A stretch of DNA of 64,000 nucleotides from Polyangiaceae bacterium (GCA_965222375.1 CBDCTZ010000014.1:1088001-1152000), one strand, 5' to 3'. Positions 1 to 9,775 are shown, numbered from the stretch's first letter. Notes: generated from the sequence alone by a model not told the origin. Translations and numbers: made by a program.

Positions 1-1
1 C

Positions 2-1210
2 AGCACGGTGCGCCGCTTGGGGTTCATGATTGTCACTTTTGGCATGCCGCTTTTCGTGTTGCTCTACGGCGGACTGGCGGCCATCCCGACGTACTTTGTG
101 GCGCAACAGGCGCTGTCGGAGAAAAGCTTCGGTCTGGTTGACCCGCAGGGTGTCTTGGGAGTTGCGTCAGGGGATATGCTTGAAGTGCCCAGAGGGCAGT
201 TCGAGGTTTTCGAGGACGAGCAAAGCGCCCGCGCCGCTCTCTCCGCGCGCCGTGATATGGCGGCGTATTACGTTCTACCCCCCGACTACGTCACCACGGG
301 TAAGGTGGAGGGTTACGCCCTCGCCAAGGGTCCCTTCGGGGCCTGGGATGGTCGACTCGAGCTGGCCCGAGCGATTCGACAACGCCTGCTCGAACGCACG
401 CCGAATTCCGAATTGAATCCACGCATTCTGTCTCCCATCAAGAAACGTGAGTCCTTTCGAGTGGAGACGGATGGCAGCCGGGTGCCGGAGCGTCGCGAAG
501 CACGGGTGGGCAGGTTGATCCTGCCGATTGGCTTCGTTTTCCTGCTGTTTTCGTCGGTGTTGATGAGTGGTGGCTACTTGCTCACGGCCTTGGCAACTGA
601 GAAAGCAAATAAGGCGGTGGACGTGCTCCTGGCGTCCGCGAGCAGCGACGAGATCATGGCGGGCAAGCTGCTTGGGTTGGGCACGGCGGGTCTGATTCAG
701 GTTGCGGTCTGGGTTTTTATGACGCTGGGCGCTCGCCTACTGTTCTTGAACGCCTTGGAATCCTTCGACGTGCGTGTGCCCTGGCAGGCTGTCGTGCTTT
801 CGCCCCTATTGTTCATCTTGGCCTATGCCTTTTTGGGCAGCCTGATGCTTGGCACGGGCTCTCTCGGCACTAATGTGAAAGAGAGCCATCAGCTGGGCAT
901 GGTCTGGGCTTTGTTGGCCACGGTGCCCCTGGTCTTCTTGCCCGTAATGCTCAGCGCACCCCATGGAGCGGTGGCGAAGGTCTTGACATTCATTCCCTTC
1001 TCCGCGCCCGCCGCCGTCGTGTTCCGGATCTCGATGGACCCCGCCGGCATGCCCCTGTGGGAAATACTGGCTGCAGTGGTCGTGATGCTCGGCTTCACTT
1101 GGCTTGCGCTCAGGATCAGTGCGCGCTTGTTCCGCGTCGGACTGCTGCTAGGCGCCACGCGCCCTGGCTTGCTGCAGCTGTTTTCCAGCGCGGCGGCGTT
1201 GGAGCGCTGA
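2..1210 (+). CDS. ABC-2 type transporter permease (NatB/YhaP-like), probably 5'-truncated by the window edge
   Basis: N-terminal TM, large extracytoplasmic loop, multiple C-terminal TMs and 'ATEKANKAVDVLLAS...EIMAGKLLG' motif; frame is open back to base 2. Confidence 0.85.
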   Translation, partial: STVRRLGFMIVTFGMPLFVLLYGGLAAIPTYFVAQQALSEKSFGLVDPQGVLGVASGDMLEVPRGQFEVFEDEQSARAALSARRDMAAYYVLPPDYVTTGKVEGYALAKGPFGAWDGRLELARAIRQRLLERTPNSELNPRILSPIKKRESFRVETDGSRVPERREARVGRLILPIGFVFLLFSSVLMSGGYLLTALATEKANKAVDVLLASASSDEIMAGKLLGLGTAGLIQVAVWVFMTLGARLLFLNALESFDVRVPWQAVVLSPLLFILAYAFLGSLMLGTGSLGTNVKESHQLGMVWALLATVPLVFLPVMLSAPHGAVAKVLTFIPFSAPAAVVFRISMDPAGMPLWEILAAVVVMLGFTWLALRISARLFRVGLLLGATRPGLLQLFSSAAALER

Positions 1211-1327
1211 GGGGCCCATCAGCCGGCCACCCGCGTCCGCAAGTTAACGCACGTAACGGTTGGTAACTATTGAAGTATTTCCTTCAGCTCGCGCCGCCCA
1301 CCGAGGCCGCTATGCTCCGAGCCGACA

Positions 1328-3313
1328 ATGCTGCGCTTGCCCCCGGAGGACGATCAGCTCCGCTCCCTCGAGGGGCTAGTTGTGCGTTCTGGTGCCCAGC
1401 CAGACGCAGCGTACCGCCTGGAACGCGTGATCGGCGCAGGCAGCTACGCGGTGGCGTTCCTCGCACTGCGACTGGCGGCCGGCGGTGAGTCCCCGGCAGT
1501 GATCAAAGTCGTTCGCCCCAGTCTGATGCGCCGCTCGTCGGAGATGGCTCAGCTCACGGCGCAGAAAGAAATTGTCGCCCTGTCACGCTTGAACGAGCGC
1601 GTGCCACCGACGCCCTTCGTGGTCCGCCTGCTGGATCACGACTACATCGACGTGGAACAAGCCAGCATGCACTTCCGCCTGCCATGGCTCGCCCTCGAGT
1701 ACGTACATGGCGGTGCCGAGGGGACGACCCTCGAGGAACGCATCGATTTTTCAGTCGAGCAGACGGGCTATGCCTTTGATCCGGCTCGTGCGGCGCTTGC
1801 CATCACTTGCCTAGCCAATGGCCTCGAAGCGATTCACGAAGTCGGCGTCATGCATAGGGACCTGTCTCCCCACAACGTGCTGTGCTGTGGCTTCGGCAAC
1901 GGCGAGATCTTCAAGATCGCCGACTTTGGCATTGCTCGCCCTTTTGGCGACGTTGGCACCTTCATCGGGTTGCCCGGAGGCACCCCAGGCTACACCTCGC
2001 CGGAGCAGGTTCGCCGCGGCGGTGCGCCAGCCGGAACCGAGAGCGACATCTTCAGCTTCGCTGCCATCGCCTACAAGGTGCTCACCGGCGAGGAACTGTT
2101 TCAGGCCAAGAGCACCGTGGATACGGCGCTGCTTGCGCACGAACAGAAACGACGACGCATCGCCGAGTGCAAGGGGTTGTGTCCCGAGTTGCGTGGGCGG
2201 GCCGCAGAGTGCGCAATCATCGATCGCATCCTGGCGCGAGCCACGGCCCCGGACCCACGACACCGGCCGCCTACGGCTTGGGAGATGGCCGCGGGCGTCT
2301 TACGCGCATTGCGCCCGCAGAACAGGCGTTCGAAACCGCCGCGCCGTCGCTTGGAGAGCATCACCGACTACTCCGCGCCGCGCCGATTCGGTTGGAGTTG
2401 GCATGTGCGGCATCAACCGGGCGAAAAACGCGTACTGCGGAATGTGGCCTGGGACGGAGACGGGCGTTGCCTCGCCGCGGCCAGCCGGGGCCTAGCGTTT
2501 TGGAACGGCACGGCTTGGGGAGACGCACCGGTCAAAGGTTTTCCTCACCCTTACGGCGTCCGCTTTGCGGAGCGCGTGGATGCGGGGCTGTATTGGGTTG
2601 GAGGCGATGGCGCCACCATCGCCCATTACTCTCCGGAGGGCTTTTCGAGCATCCTGCGTGCCGAGGACGGCAGTGTGTCCTTCACCCATGCCAGTGGTGA
2701 GCTCGACGACCTGGCCGTGTTGGTTGGAGTTCGCGCCGGTGAACCTCCGCTCTTGTTCGCGCTCACGGCGCGGCGTTGGATGAAGCCTGCTCAGCTGAGC
2801 CCCGCGAAGACCGTCACTGCCATTGCTCGTCTGGAAGACGAGCGATGGTTGATCAGCGGACGCTCCGCTGCAGGCTCGGGTTTCGCCGCTATCTACTCCC
2901 CGCTGATGCTGGAGGTGGAGCGACTCACTTCCGACGCTACGGATCTGTATTCGAGTTGTGCTGCTCAACCGGATCTATCCTTGGGTGCGGCAGTCGGCTC
3001 CGCCGGAAGCGTGCTGGTTGTCGAAAAGGGCAAACCCAAACGGCTCACGGTCCCGGGAGGTCCGGAGCTTCGCGCCGTCGCCATCGATCCGACGGGTCGT
3101 GTGTGTGTTGCAGGCGCCGGCCAGATCTGGCTGTACGATGCTGCTCAGGCACCACCGTGGTCCAAAGTCTGGGAAGACCCCGAGTGGAAGGTGCCGTTTT
3201 TGAGTATTTTCGCGGACGTTGGCCGCATCGTCGCCACCACCGTTGACGGCGGCATCGTGGAAGGGCGCTGGGAGCCCGCTGTGACGACGCTGGGGTCTGC
3301 GGACATCATCTGA
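1328..3313 (+). CDS. Hanks-type Ser/Thr protein kinase with C-terminal beta-propeller-like domain
   Basis: GAGSYAVA, VIK, HRDLSPHN, DFG, GTPGYTSPE, SDIFS motifs; C-terminal half has repeated Trp/Gly-rich beta-strand units. Confidence 0.9.
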   Translation: MLRLPPEDDQLRSLEGLVVRSGAQPDAAYRLERVIGAGSYAVAFLALRLAAGGESPAVIKVVRPSLMRRSSEMAQLTAQKEIVALSRLNERVPPTPFVVRLLDHDYIDVEQASMHFRLPWLALEYVHGGAEGTTLEERIDFSVEQTGYAFDPARAALAITCLANGLEAIHEVGVMHRDLSPHNVLCCGFGNGEIFKIADFGIARPFGDVGTFIGLPGGTPGYTSPEQVRRGGAPAGTESDIFSFAAIAYKVLTGEELFQAKSTVDTALLAHEQKRRRIAECKGLCPELRGRAAECAIIDRILARATAPDPRHRPPTAWEMAAGVLRALRPQNRRSKPPRRRLESITDYSAPRRFGWSWHVRHQPGEKRVLRNVAWDGDGRCLAAASRGLAFWNGTAWGDAPVKGFPHPYGVRFAERVDAGLYWVGGDGATIAHYSPEGFSSILRAEDGSVSFTHASGELDDLAVLVGVRAGEPPLLFALTARRWMKPAQLSPAKTVTAIARLEDERWLISGRSAAGSGFAAIYSPLMLEVERLTSDATDLYSSCAAQPDLSLGAAVGSAGSVLVVEKGKPKRLTVPGGPELRAVAIDPTGRVCVAGAGQIWLYDAAQAPPWSKVWEDPEWKVPFLSIFADVGRIVATTVDGGIVEGRWEPAVTTLGSADII

Positions 3314-3408
3314 GTTCAGCGCCGCGACACGGATCCGGTTCCGGAGCTCTGGAGTTACTCGCTATCGCGTGGCTCGACAGGCATCGCGAGGGGCGATAGC
3401 GTTCGCCG

Positions 3409-3936
3409 GTGACCAGCGCGCCGCCCACCGCCGAGAAGAAGTCCAATACCCTGAAGATCGTCTTGATTGGAGTCGCCGTCGTCTTCGTGCTGATCATCGG
3501 CATCGTCGGCGTGCTCGCCGCCGTCGGCATCTTCGGCGCACGCAGCTACATTTCCAAAGCAAAGGCATCCGAGGGAAAAGCGGGTGTGTCCCAGCTGGCC
3601 CGGGGCATTGCCTCCTGCGCCGAGAAAGAGACGGTGGACGGGCCAGTCGGCCTGCCTGAGTCGACGCCCTGGGTGCCCGCCCGCTCGTCGGACATCAGCG
3701 GCAAGAAGTATCAGAGCGCGCCCACGGATTGGAATCAGCCAGGCTTCAGCTGTGCACGCTTCTCCATGATGATGCCCCAGTACTTCCAGTACCGTTGGGA
3801 GCGTGACAGCAAGAACTCAGGGCGGGCCCGGGCCCAGGCAGACTTCGACGGCGACGGCGTGCTCGAGGTGAAGCTGGAGGCCAAGGTCACCTGCAGCGCC
3901 GGCGTTTGCATGCCAGATCACGTCAAAGAACTGTGA
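3409..3936 (+). CDS. Type IV pilin-like protein with long N-terminal TM
   Basis: 'IIGIVGVLAAVGIFGARSYISKAKASEGK' resembles pilin alpha1; Cys residues and C-terminal 'ADFDGDG' as in myxobacterial pilin-like proteins. Confidence 0.7.
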   Translation: MTSAPPTAEKKSNTLKIVLIGVAVVFVLIIGIVGVLAAVGIFGARSYISKAKASEGKAGVSQLARGIASCAEKETVDGPVGLPESTPWVPARSSDISGKKYQSAPTDWNQPGFSCARFSMMMPQYFQYRWERDSKNSGRARAQADFDGDGVLEVKLEAKVTCSAGVCMPDHVKEL

Positions 3937-3961
3937 CGAAGCTTTGCGCGGCGTCGTGGCG

Positions 3962-4768
3962 TTAGTCCGCGCAGAGAGGATCCCCGGGATCGCAAGCTGA
4001 CGGCGGCGGTTCGGGCGGTGTCGTCGGCGTTGGGGGCTCTGTGCTCGGCCGGGTCACAGGGGTTCCTGCCAGGTAGGCTTCTGCAAAGCCAGGAGGAGGC
4101 GCTTGGGCTGCCCGGGCTGCGTCAGCCAGCACGTCCAGCTTCCGGGTCGTTTCGCGGGAGAGCTGCAGCGGATATTCGACGTAGATGGTCTGGCGATTCG
4201 GATTGGGAAAGGTGAGCTCAAAGAACGCTTGCAACACGCAGCGCCGCACCTCGCGGTCTGGCAGGGTTGCCATGCTTTCCCTTGCGCGCCAGACTTGACC
4301 ATCGGCACCGATCGCAAACTGAACTACGACCCGACCCGCCAGAGCGCGATTGCGACGCACGCCTTCCTGGTAGCACCTGCGGAACTTCCCCGACTGATGG
4401 CGCACCACCCGACGAATCGCATTGGGCGGTAGCCGGAAGTGGTCCGTGCGGGGCCGTTTGGACAAGCGTGGCCTCCTTTCGCGCTGCAGTGGCGGGATCG
4501 GTGCCAGGGCATTACCGTTTCTCGCATCGTCGAGCGCCTCGGGACCCATCAGGCTGCTGGGTCCGGCCTCGATGCGCTTTTCGATCGCGGCGTGGAGTGC
4601 CGCCCGTGCTGCGTTGGTTTCGCCGGCAGCCTCGGGCGCCGCTCCCGCGACGGGTGTGCGCGCTTTGGCTACATGCGCGACCACCGCACTTTTCGGGCTG
4701 GCCGCACAGGCCGGGGTGAGTACGCCAAACAGCAGCAGCATGGACCAGGGGCCCGATCGCCAGGACAT
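3962..4768 (-). CDS. AgmX/PglI (TonB-C-like) C-terminal domain protein
   Basis: 'IRRVVR...FRRCYQEG...LAGRVVVQFAIGADGQV...VRRCV...LTFP' pattern; N-terminal signal/lipobox; start uncertain. Confidence 0.8.
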   Translation of the reverse strand: MSWRSGPWSMLLLFGVLTPACAASPKSAVVAHVAKARTPVAGAAPEAAGETNAARAALHAAIEKRIEAGPSSLMGPEALDDARNGNALAPIPPLQRERRPRLSKRPRTDHFRLPPNAIRRVVRHQSGKFRRCYQEGVRRNRALAGRVVVQFAIGADGQVWRARESMATLPDREVRRCVLQAFFELTFPNPNRQTIYVEYPLQLSRETTRKLDVLADAARAAQAPPPGFAEAYLAGTPVTRPSTEPPTPTTPPEPPPSACDPGDPLCAD

Positions 4769-4899
4769 GCCGGAGTTCGACAGCTGACGGAGGGGCGAGT
4801 TCCCAAGTCGGATGAGTGCGGCGGCTCTCGACGCTCTGGCCGCCAATTTCGGTCATCGAGACATGGCTGCGATGGCCGGATCGTGGCATGCGGTGGTGC

Positions 4900-6204
4900 A
4901 TGAAGTTGCTTCTCGCCGCGGTGCTGACGACATCGATTGTGGCTTTTGGCATGGGTGCTTGTTCCTCGGCCGATGGGGGAGGAAGCAACACCGGCGGCAC
5001 GGTTGGCACCGGTGGTTCGGCAACTGACGGCAGCGCCGGGACGGGCGGAAGCATCGGCCTGGATGGCAGCGTCGGAGACGGGTCCAAACCGCCGGCGGTG
5101 GCGCAGCTCAAAGGCAAGGTCGTAGCGCCTCAGGGCACGATGCCGATCTCCGGCGCGCTGGTCTACTTGGGGCCTGCGGATCCGATCCCCGACGGTGTGT
5201 ACTGCGATCGTTGCGTGGAGCTGCCGTCGGGTGTGCCGTTCACGTTCACCAACCCGGACGGCAGCTTCGACTTGGGCGCTTACACGACCGGCAAGCAAGA
5301 CTTGGTCGTTCAAAAGGGTCAGTTCCGACGCATCCGATCCTTCGACGTCGTTGCTGGTGATCAGAACGTTCCCATCGAGCTCACCACACTGCCCAAGAAA
5401 ACGGATGCTGCTGAAGGGGACAACATTCCTAAGATGGCCGTCGTCCAGGGCGCCTGGGATGCTTTGGAAATCACCCTCGCGAAGCTCGGACTGGCGGAAC
5501 TAGAGCCCGGCTTCATTCTGGGCAGCCAAGTGAAGGCCGGTACGGCGAACTTCACGATGATAAACGACCGCAATTCCTTTCTTTCGAACTCTGCGGAGCT
5601 GGCCAAGTACCACATCGTCTTCATCCCCTGTCACAACAACAGCGGAGGCACGACCTGCGACGACACAACCTCTGCAGACCCCACCATTCAGAAGAATCTT
5701 CAAGACTTCGTTGCCGCCGGGGGCAAGCTCTACGTCACAGACTACTCCTATGACTACTTGGTCCAGCCCTTCCCGGACTACGTGAACTGGGTGGACCAGA
5801 GCGGTCAAATCGGTTCGGCCTGTCAGAGCAATCCCTACGACGCCCCGGCCACGGTCAAGGACCCGTCCATGAAGGCCTGGCTTGCGGCTTTGGGTGTAAC
5901 CTCCTTTGAAGTCAAGGACAGCTGGACCATCATCGACAAGGTGAGCCCCGTGCAGACTACGGATCTCGATGGCAATCCGGTGACGGTCACCCCCAAGATT
6001 TGGGTGGAGGGCGCTGTCCCGAATGTTGGCACCAAGCCAACCACGGTGAGCTTCGTGCGATCCTGTGGACGTGTGCTGTTCAGCACGTACCACACCGAAT
6101 CCGGCAACGAACCGCCGAGTGCGCCACTGCTTCCTCAGGAAGCCGCCCTGCTCTACGTACTGCTCGAAGTGGGCGTGTGCGTGACACCCACCGTGCCGCG
6201 CTGA
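4900..6204 (+). CDS. Lipoprotein with Gly-rich linker, carboxypeptidase-regulatory-like domain and C-terminal alpha/beta domain
   Basis: Signal peptide with lipobox MGAC, Gly/Ser/Thr tether, 'LKGKVVAPQGTMPISGALVY...TNPDGSF'. Confidence 0.75.
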   Translation: MKLLLAAVLTTSIVAFGMGACSSADGGGSNTGGTVGTGGSATDGSAGTGGSIGLDGSVGDGSKPPAVAQLKGKVVAPQGTMPISGALVYLGPADPIPDGVYCDRCVELPSGVPFTFTNPDGSFDLGAYTTGKQDLVVQKGQFRRIRSFDVVAGDQNVPIELTTLPKKTDAAEGDNIPKMAVVQGAWDALEITLAKLGLAELEPGFILGSQVKAGTANFTMINDRNSFLSNSAELAKYHIVFIPCHNNSGGTTCDDTTSADPTIQKNLQDFVAAGGKLYVTDYSYDYLVQPFPDYVNWVDQSGQIGSACQSNPYDAPATVKDPSMKAWLAALGVTSFEVKDSWTIIDKVSPVQTTDLDGNPVTVTPKIWVEGAVPNVGTKPTTVSFVRSCGRVLFSTYHTESGNEPPSAPLLPQEAALLYVLLEVGVCVTPTVPR

Positions 6205-6252
6205 GTTCCTCGACCGACGCTGGAGTCAGCTACGCGCCGCCCGGCTTCGGGT

Positions 6253-6927
6253 TCACGGGGTGAAAGCGTCGCCATCCACGACGCTGCTGCTGAAGCTGCC
6301 ATCCACCGTCGCGGGGCAGCTGGCTCCACCCACTGCGCTGAGTCCAGTGAACTGGAACGTGCCCGCCGCGACCCCACCGATCCCGTCGTACTTGGAGAGC
6401 GTTACAGAGCCGCCACTGGCGAGGCACTGGCCGCTAGCCTGCTTCCAAATCACCGCGGACTCCATGGCGCCAATGCCATACGCATAGGTGCCCGTCGTGA
6501 CGCCGTTCAGGTTGATCGACACGAAGCTCCCGAACTTCTTGGCGCCAGCGTCCCAGTCCATGTGTAGCAACACGTTGATACCGGGCGACCCGGACCCGGC
6601 AAGGTCCGTGTACGCCGCTGCCATGACCTGCGGATCGCACGCGCTTGGATCTGTCGTGCTTTGAGTCTCGTTGTAGGTGGTGCCTGCCCAGGTCATGGTG
6701 TCGCTTGCGAGGCAGTTGCTCGTCCCGCCGCCCTGGCCACCGCTAGACGCCCCAGCGCTGCCAGCGGATCCACCTGTCGCGCTGCCAGCGCTCCCCCCAG
6801 TCCCACTTCCTGCGCTCCCGCCGGTTGCACCAGCGTCTGTGCCGCCCGTCCCCGCACTTGTCCCGTCGTCGTCGCTGCCGCACGCCACGACAGCCGCCAG
6901 ACCTAATAGCAACATCCCTCGTTTCAT
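6253..6927 (-). CDS. Hypothetical lipoprotein with Gly/Ser tether
   Basis: MKRGMLLLGLAAVVAC lipobox, GSAG repeats, small beta-rich Cys-containing domain. Confidence 0.75.
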   Translation of the reverse strand: MKRGMLLLGLAAVVACGSDDDGTSAGTGGTDAGATGGSAGSGTGGSAGSATGGSAGSAGASSGGQGGGTSNCLASDTMTWAGTTYNETQSTTDPSACDPQVMAAAYTDLAGSGSPGINVLLHMDWDAGAKKFGSFVSINLNGVTTGTYAYGIGAMESAVIWKQASGQCLASGGSVTLSKYDGIGGVAAGTFQFTGLSAVGGASCPATVDGSFSSSVVDGDAFTP

Positions 6928-7069
6928 GCTGTTGAACCTGTTGCATGCTCGAGCGAATGTCAAAGCGTAGCTCCTAGCGCATTGTTTGGAGCGCAACCCG
7001 TTCGAACGGACTCAGGGCGTTTTCGCTCCAGTGCCTCGTTCGGTTCGGGACTGGTGCTATGCTGGCCGG

Positions 7070-8176
7070 ATGCTTCGCACGACCGCACTCCTCGCCGCTC
7101 TCTTTGCCCTGTCATCCACCGCCTGCGGTAGCTCCGACGATACCGCGGCACCCGGTAGCGGAGGCAGCTCTGGCGCAGGCGGTGCGGGGGGCTCGGCGGG
7201 CTCGGCAGGATCAGCGGGTTCTGCAACCTGGAAGGACGTGTACACGACGGACTTGCAGCTTCCTGCAGCGTCCACGTCGCCGATCAGTGTCGACCCCTCG
7301 GTAACGTTCTACCAAAACGTGCCCTACGGCACCGACAAGGCCACGCGCTTCGACATCTTCGTGCCCAAGAGCGCAACGCCAACGCCACTGATGATTCACA
7401 TCCACGGCGGCGGCTTCACGGGCGGGGACAAGGGCGCTGCCTACGCCAAGAACGCCGCTCGCATCAGCCACGCTCTGGATCAGGGCGTGGCCTACGCCAG
7501 CCTGGAGTACCGCCTGCTCGAGGACGTCGACACCATCGGCGTGATCAAGCCGATGACGGACAGTGCCCGAGCCCTGCAGTTCATTCGCCATCACGCCGCG
7601 GCTTTCAACATCGAGCCCGCGAAAGTCGTGCTGGAAGGTGGCTCCGCGGGTGCCGGCACGAGCCTGTGGATCGCCTTTTCCGATGACATGGCCGACCCCC
7701 AGAGCAGCGATCCCGTAGCGCAGCAATCCACTCGAGTGCTAGGCGCCGCCGCTAACGCCACTCAGGCAACCTACGACGTGGTCAAGTGGAACACCGTGGT
7801 CTTCGCCGAGTACAAGACCGACTTCCTGGAGCTAGCGGTCAAGGCGGGGCTTGGCCAGCGCCTCAATTCTTTCTACGGCATCGACAACATCGACGCTCTC
7901 GAGACGCCTCCCATCGTGGCCTATCGCAAGAAGGTCGACATGCTGGAGCTGATGACATCCGACGACCCGCCCATCTACGTCAACAACCCCCTCAGCCCCG
8001 TGGTCATCCCACTGGACACTGACTTCCTGTTCCACCACGCGTATCACGCGCGCGCCGTCACAGACCAAGCGGACAAGGTCGGGCTGCCGCACATTTCGTA
8101 CATCGCCGCTCTGAATATCGAAGACCCATCAGGCAAAGACGAGTTCGACTTCGCCTTGGACCAACTGAAGAAGTAG
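7070..8176 (+). CDS. Alpha/beta hydrolase (carboxylesterase/BD-FAE-like) lipoprotein
   Basis: Lipobox STAC; HGGGF oxyanion motif; GGSAG nucleophile elbow; C-terminal His. Confidence 0.85.
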   Translation: MLRTTALLAALFALSSTACGSSDDTAAPGSGGSSGAGGAGGSAGSAGSAGSATWKDVYTTDLQLPAASTSPISVDPSVTFYQNVPYGTDKATRFDIFVPKSATPTPLMIHIHGGGFTGGDKGAAYAKNAARISHALDQGVAYASLEYRLLEDVDTIGVIKPMTDSARALQFIRHHAAAFNIEPAKVVLEGGSAGAGTSLWIAFSDDMADPQSSDPVAQQSTRVLGAAANATQATYDVVKWNTVVFAEYKTDFLELAVKAGLGQRLNSFYGIDNIDALETPPIVAYRKKVDMLELMTSDDPPIYVNNPLSPVVIPLDTDFLFHHAYHARAVTDQADKVGLPHISYIAALNIEDPSGKDEFDFALDQLKK

Positions 8177-8285
8177 ACGATCGCCGTTTTCCCGAGTGAC
8201 CGCTGTGTGTCCCAGCACGAATAGAGGCGCGGGTTTTCGGCACGAGGCGTGGGTGGTGTGGCGTGGGCCTGTTAGGCTGGTGGGC

Positions 8286-8969
8286 ATGGCACATTGGGAA
8301 AACCGCGCGGAGCCGAAGTGGCGAAAGTTCAAATACAATCAGCCTTATGCCAGGGGGCTGAAACGTCTGAAGGAAGAGGTGCTTGCCAAGACGGATTTCG
8401 ATCCGGCTACGCTTTTCCAATGGGGCACGATGCAGGCGATGGCGGTGATCGGCATCCTCAAGGAGTGCGAAGCCTCCTTCGGAGAAGAGGGCCAGCGTGC
8501 CGTGTACAAAGCCCTGCACCGCACCGGGTTCGACGTCGGGCGCCAAGTGCTCGATGGCGTGGAGTTGCCCGCCGACCTGACTCAGGCCGAGTTTGCGTCC
8601 TTCTATGCCACAGTCATCAATCGCATCGCCTATGCGTCCCTGGAGGATCCGAAGATCGACGGCGACGAGCAGGTCTCTTTCGACATCCTGTGGTGCCCCC
8701 ACCAAGATCACTACCAAGCCTTCGATTGTCGCGTGCAGCGCTACTTCGTCCAGGGCATGATCGACGCCGCCAAGGAATTCGCCCGCGACCAAGAGTTCGA
8801 CTTCGAAGTTCGTTTCGATACGACGATTCCCGCCGGCGCGCCCACCTGCCATTTCACGATCTGGAAGCCCGACGCAGAAGCCCGGGAGCAGTGGCAGCAA
8901 CTGACCAACAAGCTGGAAAAGAAAGCCCTACAAATGGCGCAAGACGAGGCGGCAGCCAAAGGAGACTAG
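8286..8969 (+). CDS. ATC-hydrolase/V4R-fold protein
   Basis: 'WCPH...DCR...TTIPAGAPTCHF' Cys pattern typical of the L-2-amino-thiazoline-4-carboxylate hydrolase/V4R family. Confidence 0.65.
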   Translation: MAHWENRAEPKWRKFKYNQPYARGLKRLKEEVLAKTDFDPATLFQWGTMQAMAVIGILKECEASFGEEGQRAVYKALHRTGFDVGRQVLDGVELPADLTQAEFASFYATVINRIAYASLEDPKIDGDEQVSFDILWCPHQDHYQAFDCRVQRYFVQGMIDAAKEFARDQEFDFEVRFDTTIPAGAPTCHFTIWKPDAEAREQWQQLTNKLEKKALQMAQDEAAAKGD

Positions 8970-9002
8970 CCAGCCACCGCATCGGCCGATTTGTTTGGGG
9001 TC

Positions 9003-9037
9003 GACGCGCTTGTGACACGCTTGTGACGCGCTTCGTG
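9003..9037. promoter_or_regulatory. Three direct repeats with 11-bp period (GACRCGCTTGT), candidate TF binding site
   Basis: gacgcgcttgt-gacacgcttgt-gacgcgcttcgt in intergenic DNA upstream of 9177. Confidence 0.45.
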
Positions 9038-9176
9038 ATGCCCGAAGGGGCAATAGCCGACGGGGTGCATCCCTGCGGCGCCCAGGGCCACTACTCTCGC
9101 GCCGGGCCAAGGCGCCGCGCAGCCGGGGCAAAAGGCATGGCGCAAGAGCCGCGTTGGCGCGCTACGCTGGAGAGCG

Positions 9177-9623
9177 ATGCGTTCTCGGGTCTGGAGTGCG
9201 GTGCTGGTCCTGGGTTTCGGGCCTGCGCTCGCGGCGTGCGCGCGATCGAGCGCGGACGGCGCAGAGGTGGTGCCTCAAACCACGCCCATGGCATGTCCAG
9301 AAGGATACTCAGCCGACCGACAGCGTTCCGAAGCAGTGCGCCAGGCCTTGGCGCGGGACGCGGAAGCCGGGCCACTCCTGCGCCGGAGCCAGGGCAGGTT
9401 TCAAATCTGCTATGCGCCGGGCGCCGCCGGGGTGCTCGCCGAAGATATCCTTTACTTGGACCCAGGGCTGGACGACGCGCAGTTGGTCGGGCGTAGCGCG
9501 CACTTGCTTTTTCACCTGGTCGTCGGTGGCGGCAAGGCCACCTCCGGCGACCCCGCGGACCCAGCCGAGCGCCAAGCCATCGCCCTCGAGCGGCGCGTCG
9601 CCGAGCGCTTCGCCACAAAGTAG
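9177..9623 (+). CDS. Hypothetical lipoprotein
   Basis: Signal peptide with LAAC lipobox. Confidence 0.65.
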   Translation: MRSRVWSAVLVLGFGPALAACARSSADGAEVVPQTTPMACPEGYSADRQRSEAVRQALARDAEAGPLLRRSQGRFQICYAPGAAGVLAEDILYLDPGLDDAQLVGRSAHLLFHLVVGGGKATSGDPADPAERQAIALERRVAERFATK

Positions 9624-9775
9624 TCGCTGAGACCGGTTGAATGCCGCCGGAGTGTGCTGGCTCTCGTTTCCGAGTTGAGGACCAAAGCTCTTGTGGCCGT
9701 CGCTGAGACCGGTTGAATGCCGCCGGAGTGTGCTGGCTCTCGTTTCCGAGTTGAGGACCAAGGCTCTTGTGGCCG
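9624..9775. repeat. Tandem duplication, 2 x 76 bp, one mismatch
   Basis: 9624-9699 and 9700-9775 are identical except accaaagctc vs accaaggctc. Confidence 0.95.

Noticed and set aside
1241..1290. TAAC repeats about 10 bp apart upstream of the kinase
   Set aside because: Too short and irregularly spaced (9 and 10 bp) to support a binding-site call
8294..9496. Long alternative-frame and antisense ORFs (also e.g. 46920-48050, 51035-52036, 52021-52989)
   Set aside because: Arg/Pro-rich shadows of real genes, typical of high-GC codon bias, with no motifs
9624..9775. CRISPR array
   Set aside because: Only two directly abutting copies, no unique spacers and no cas genes in the window
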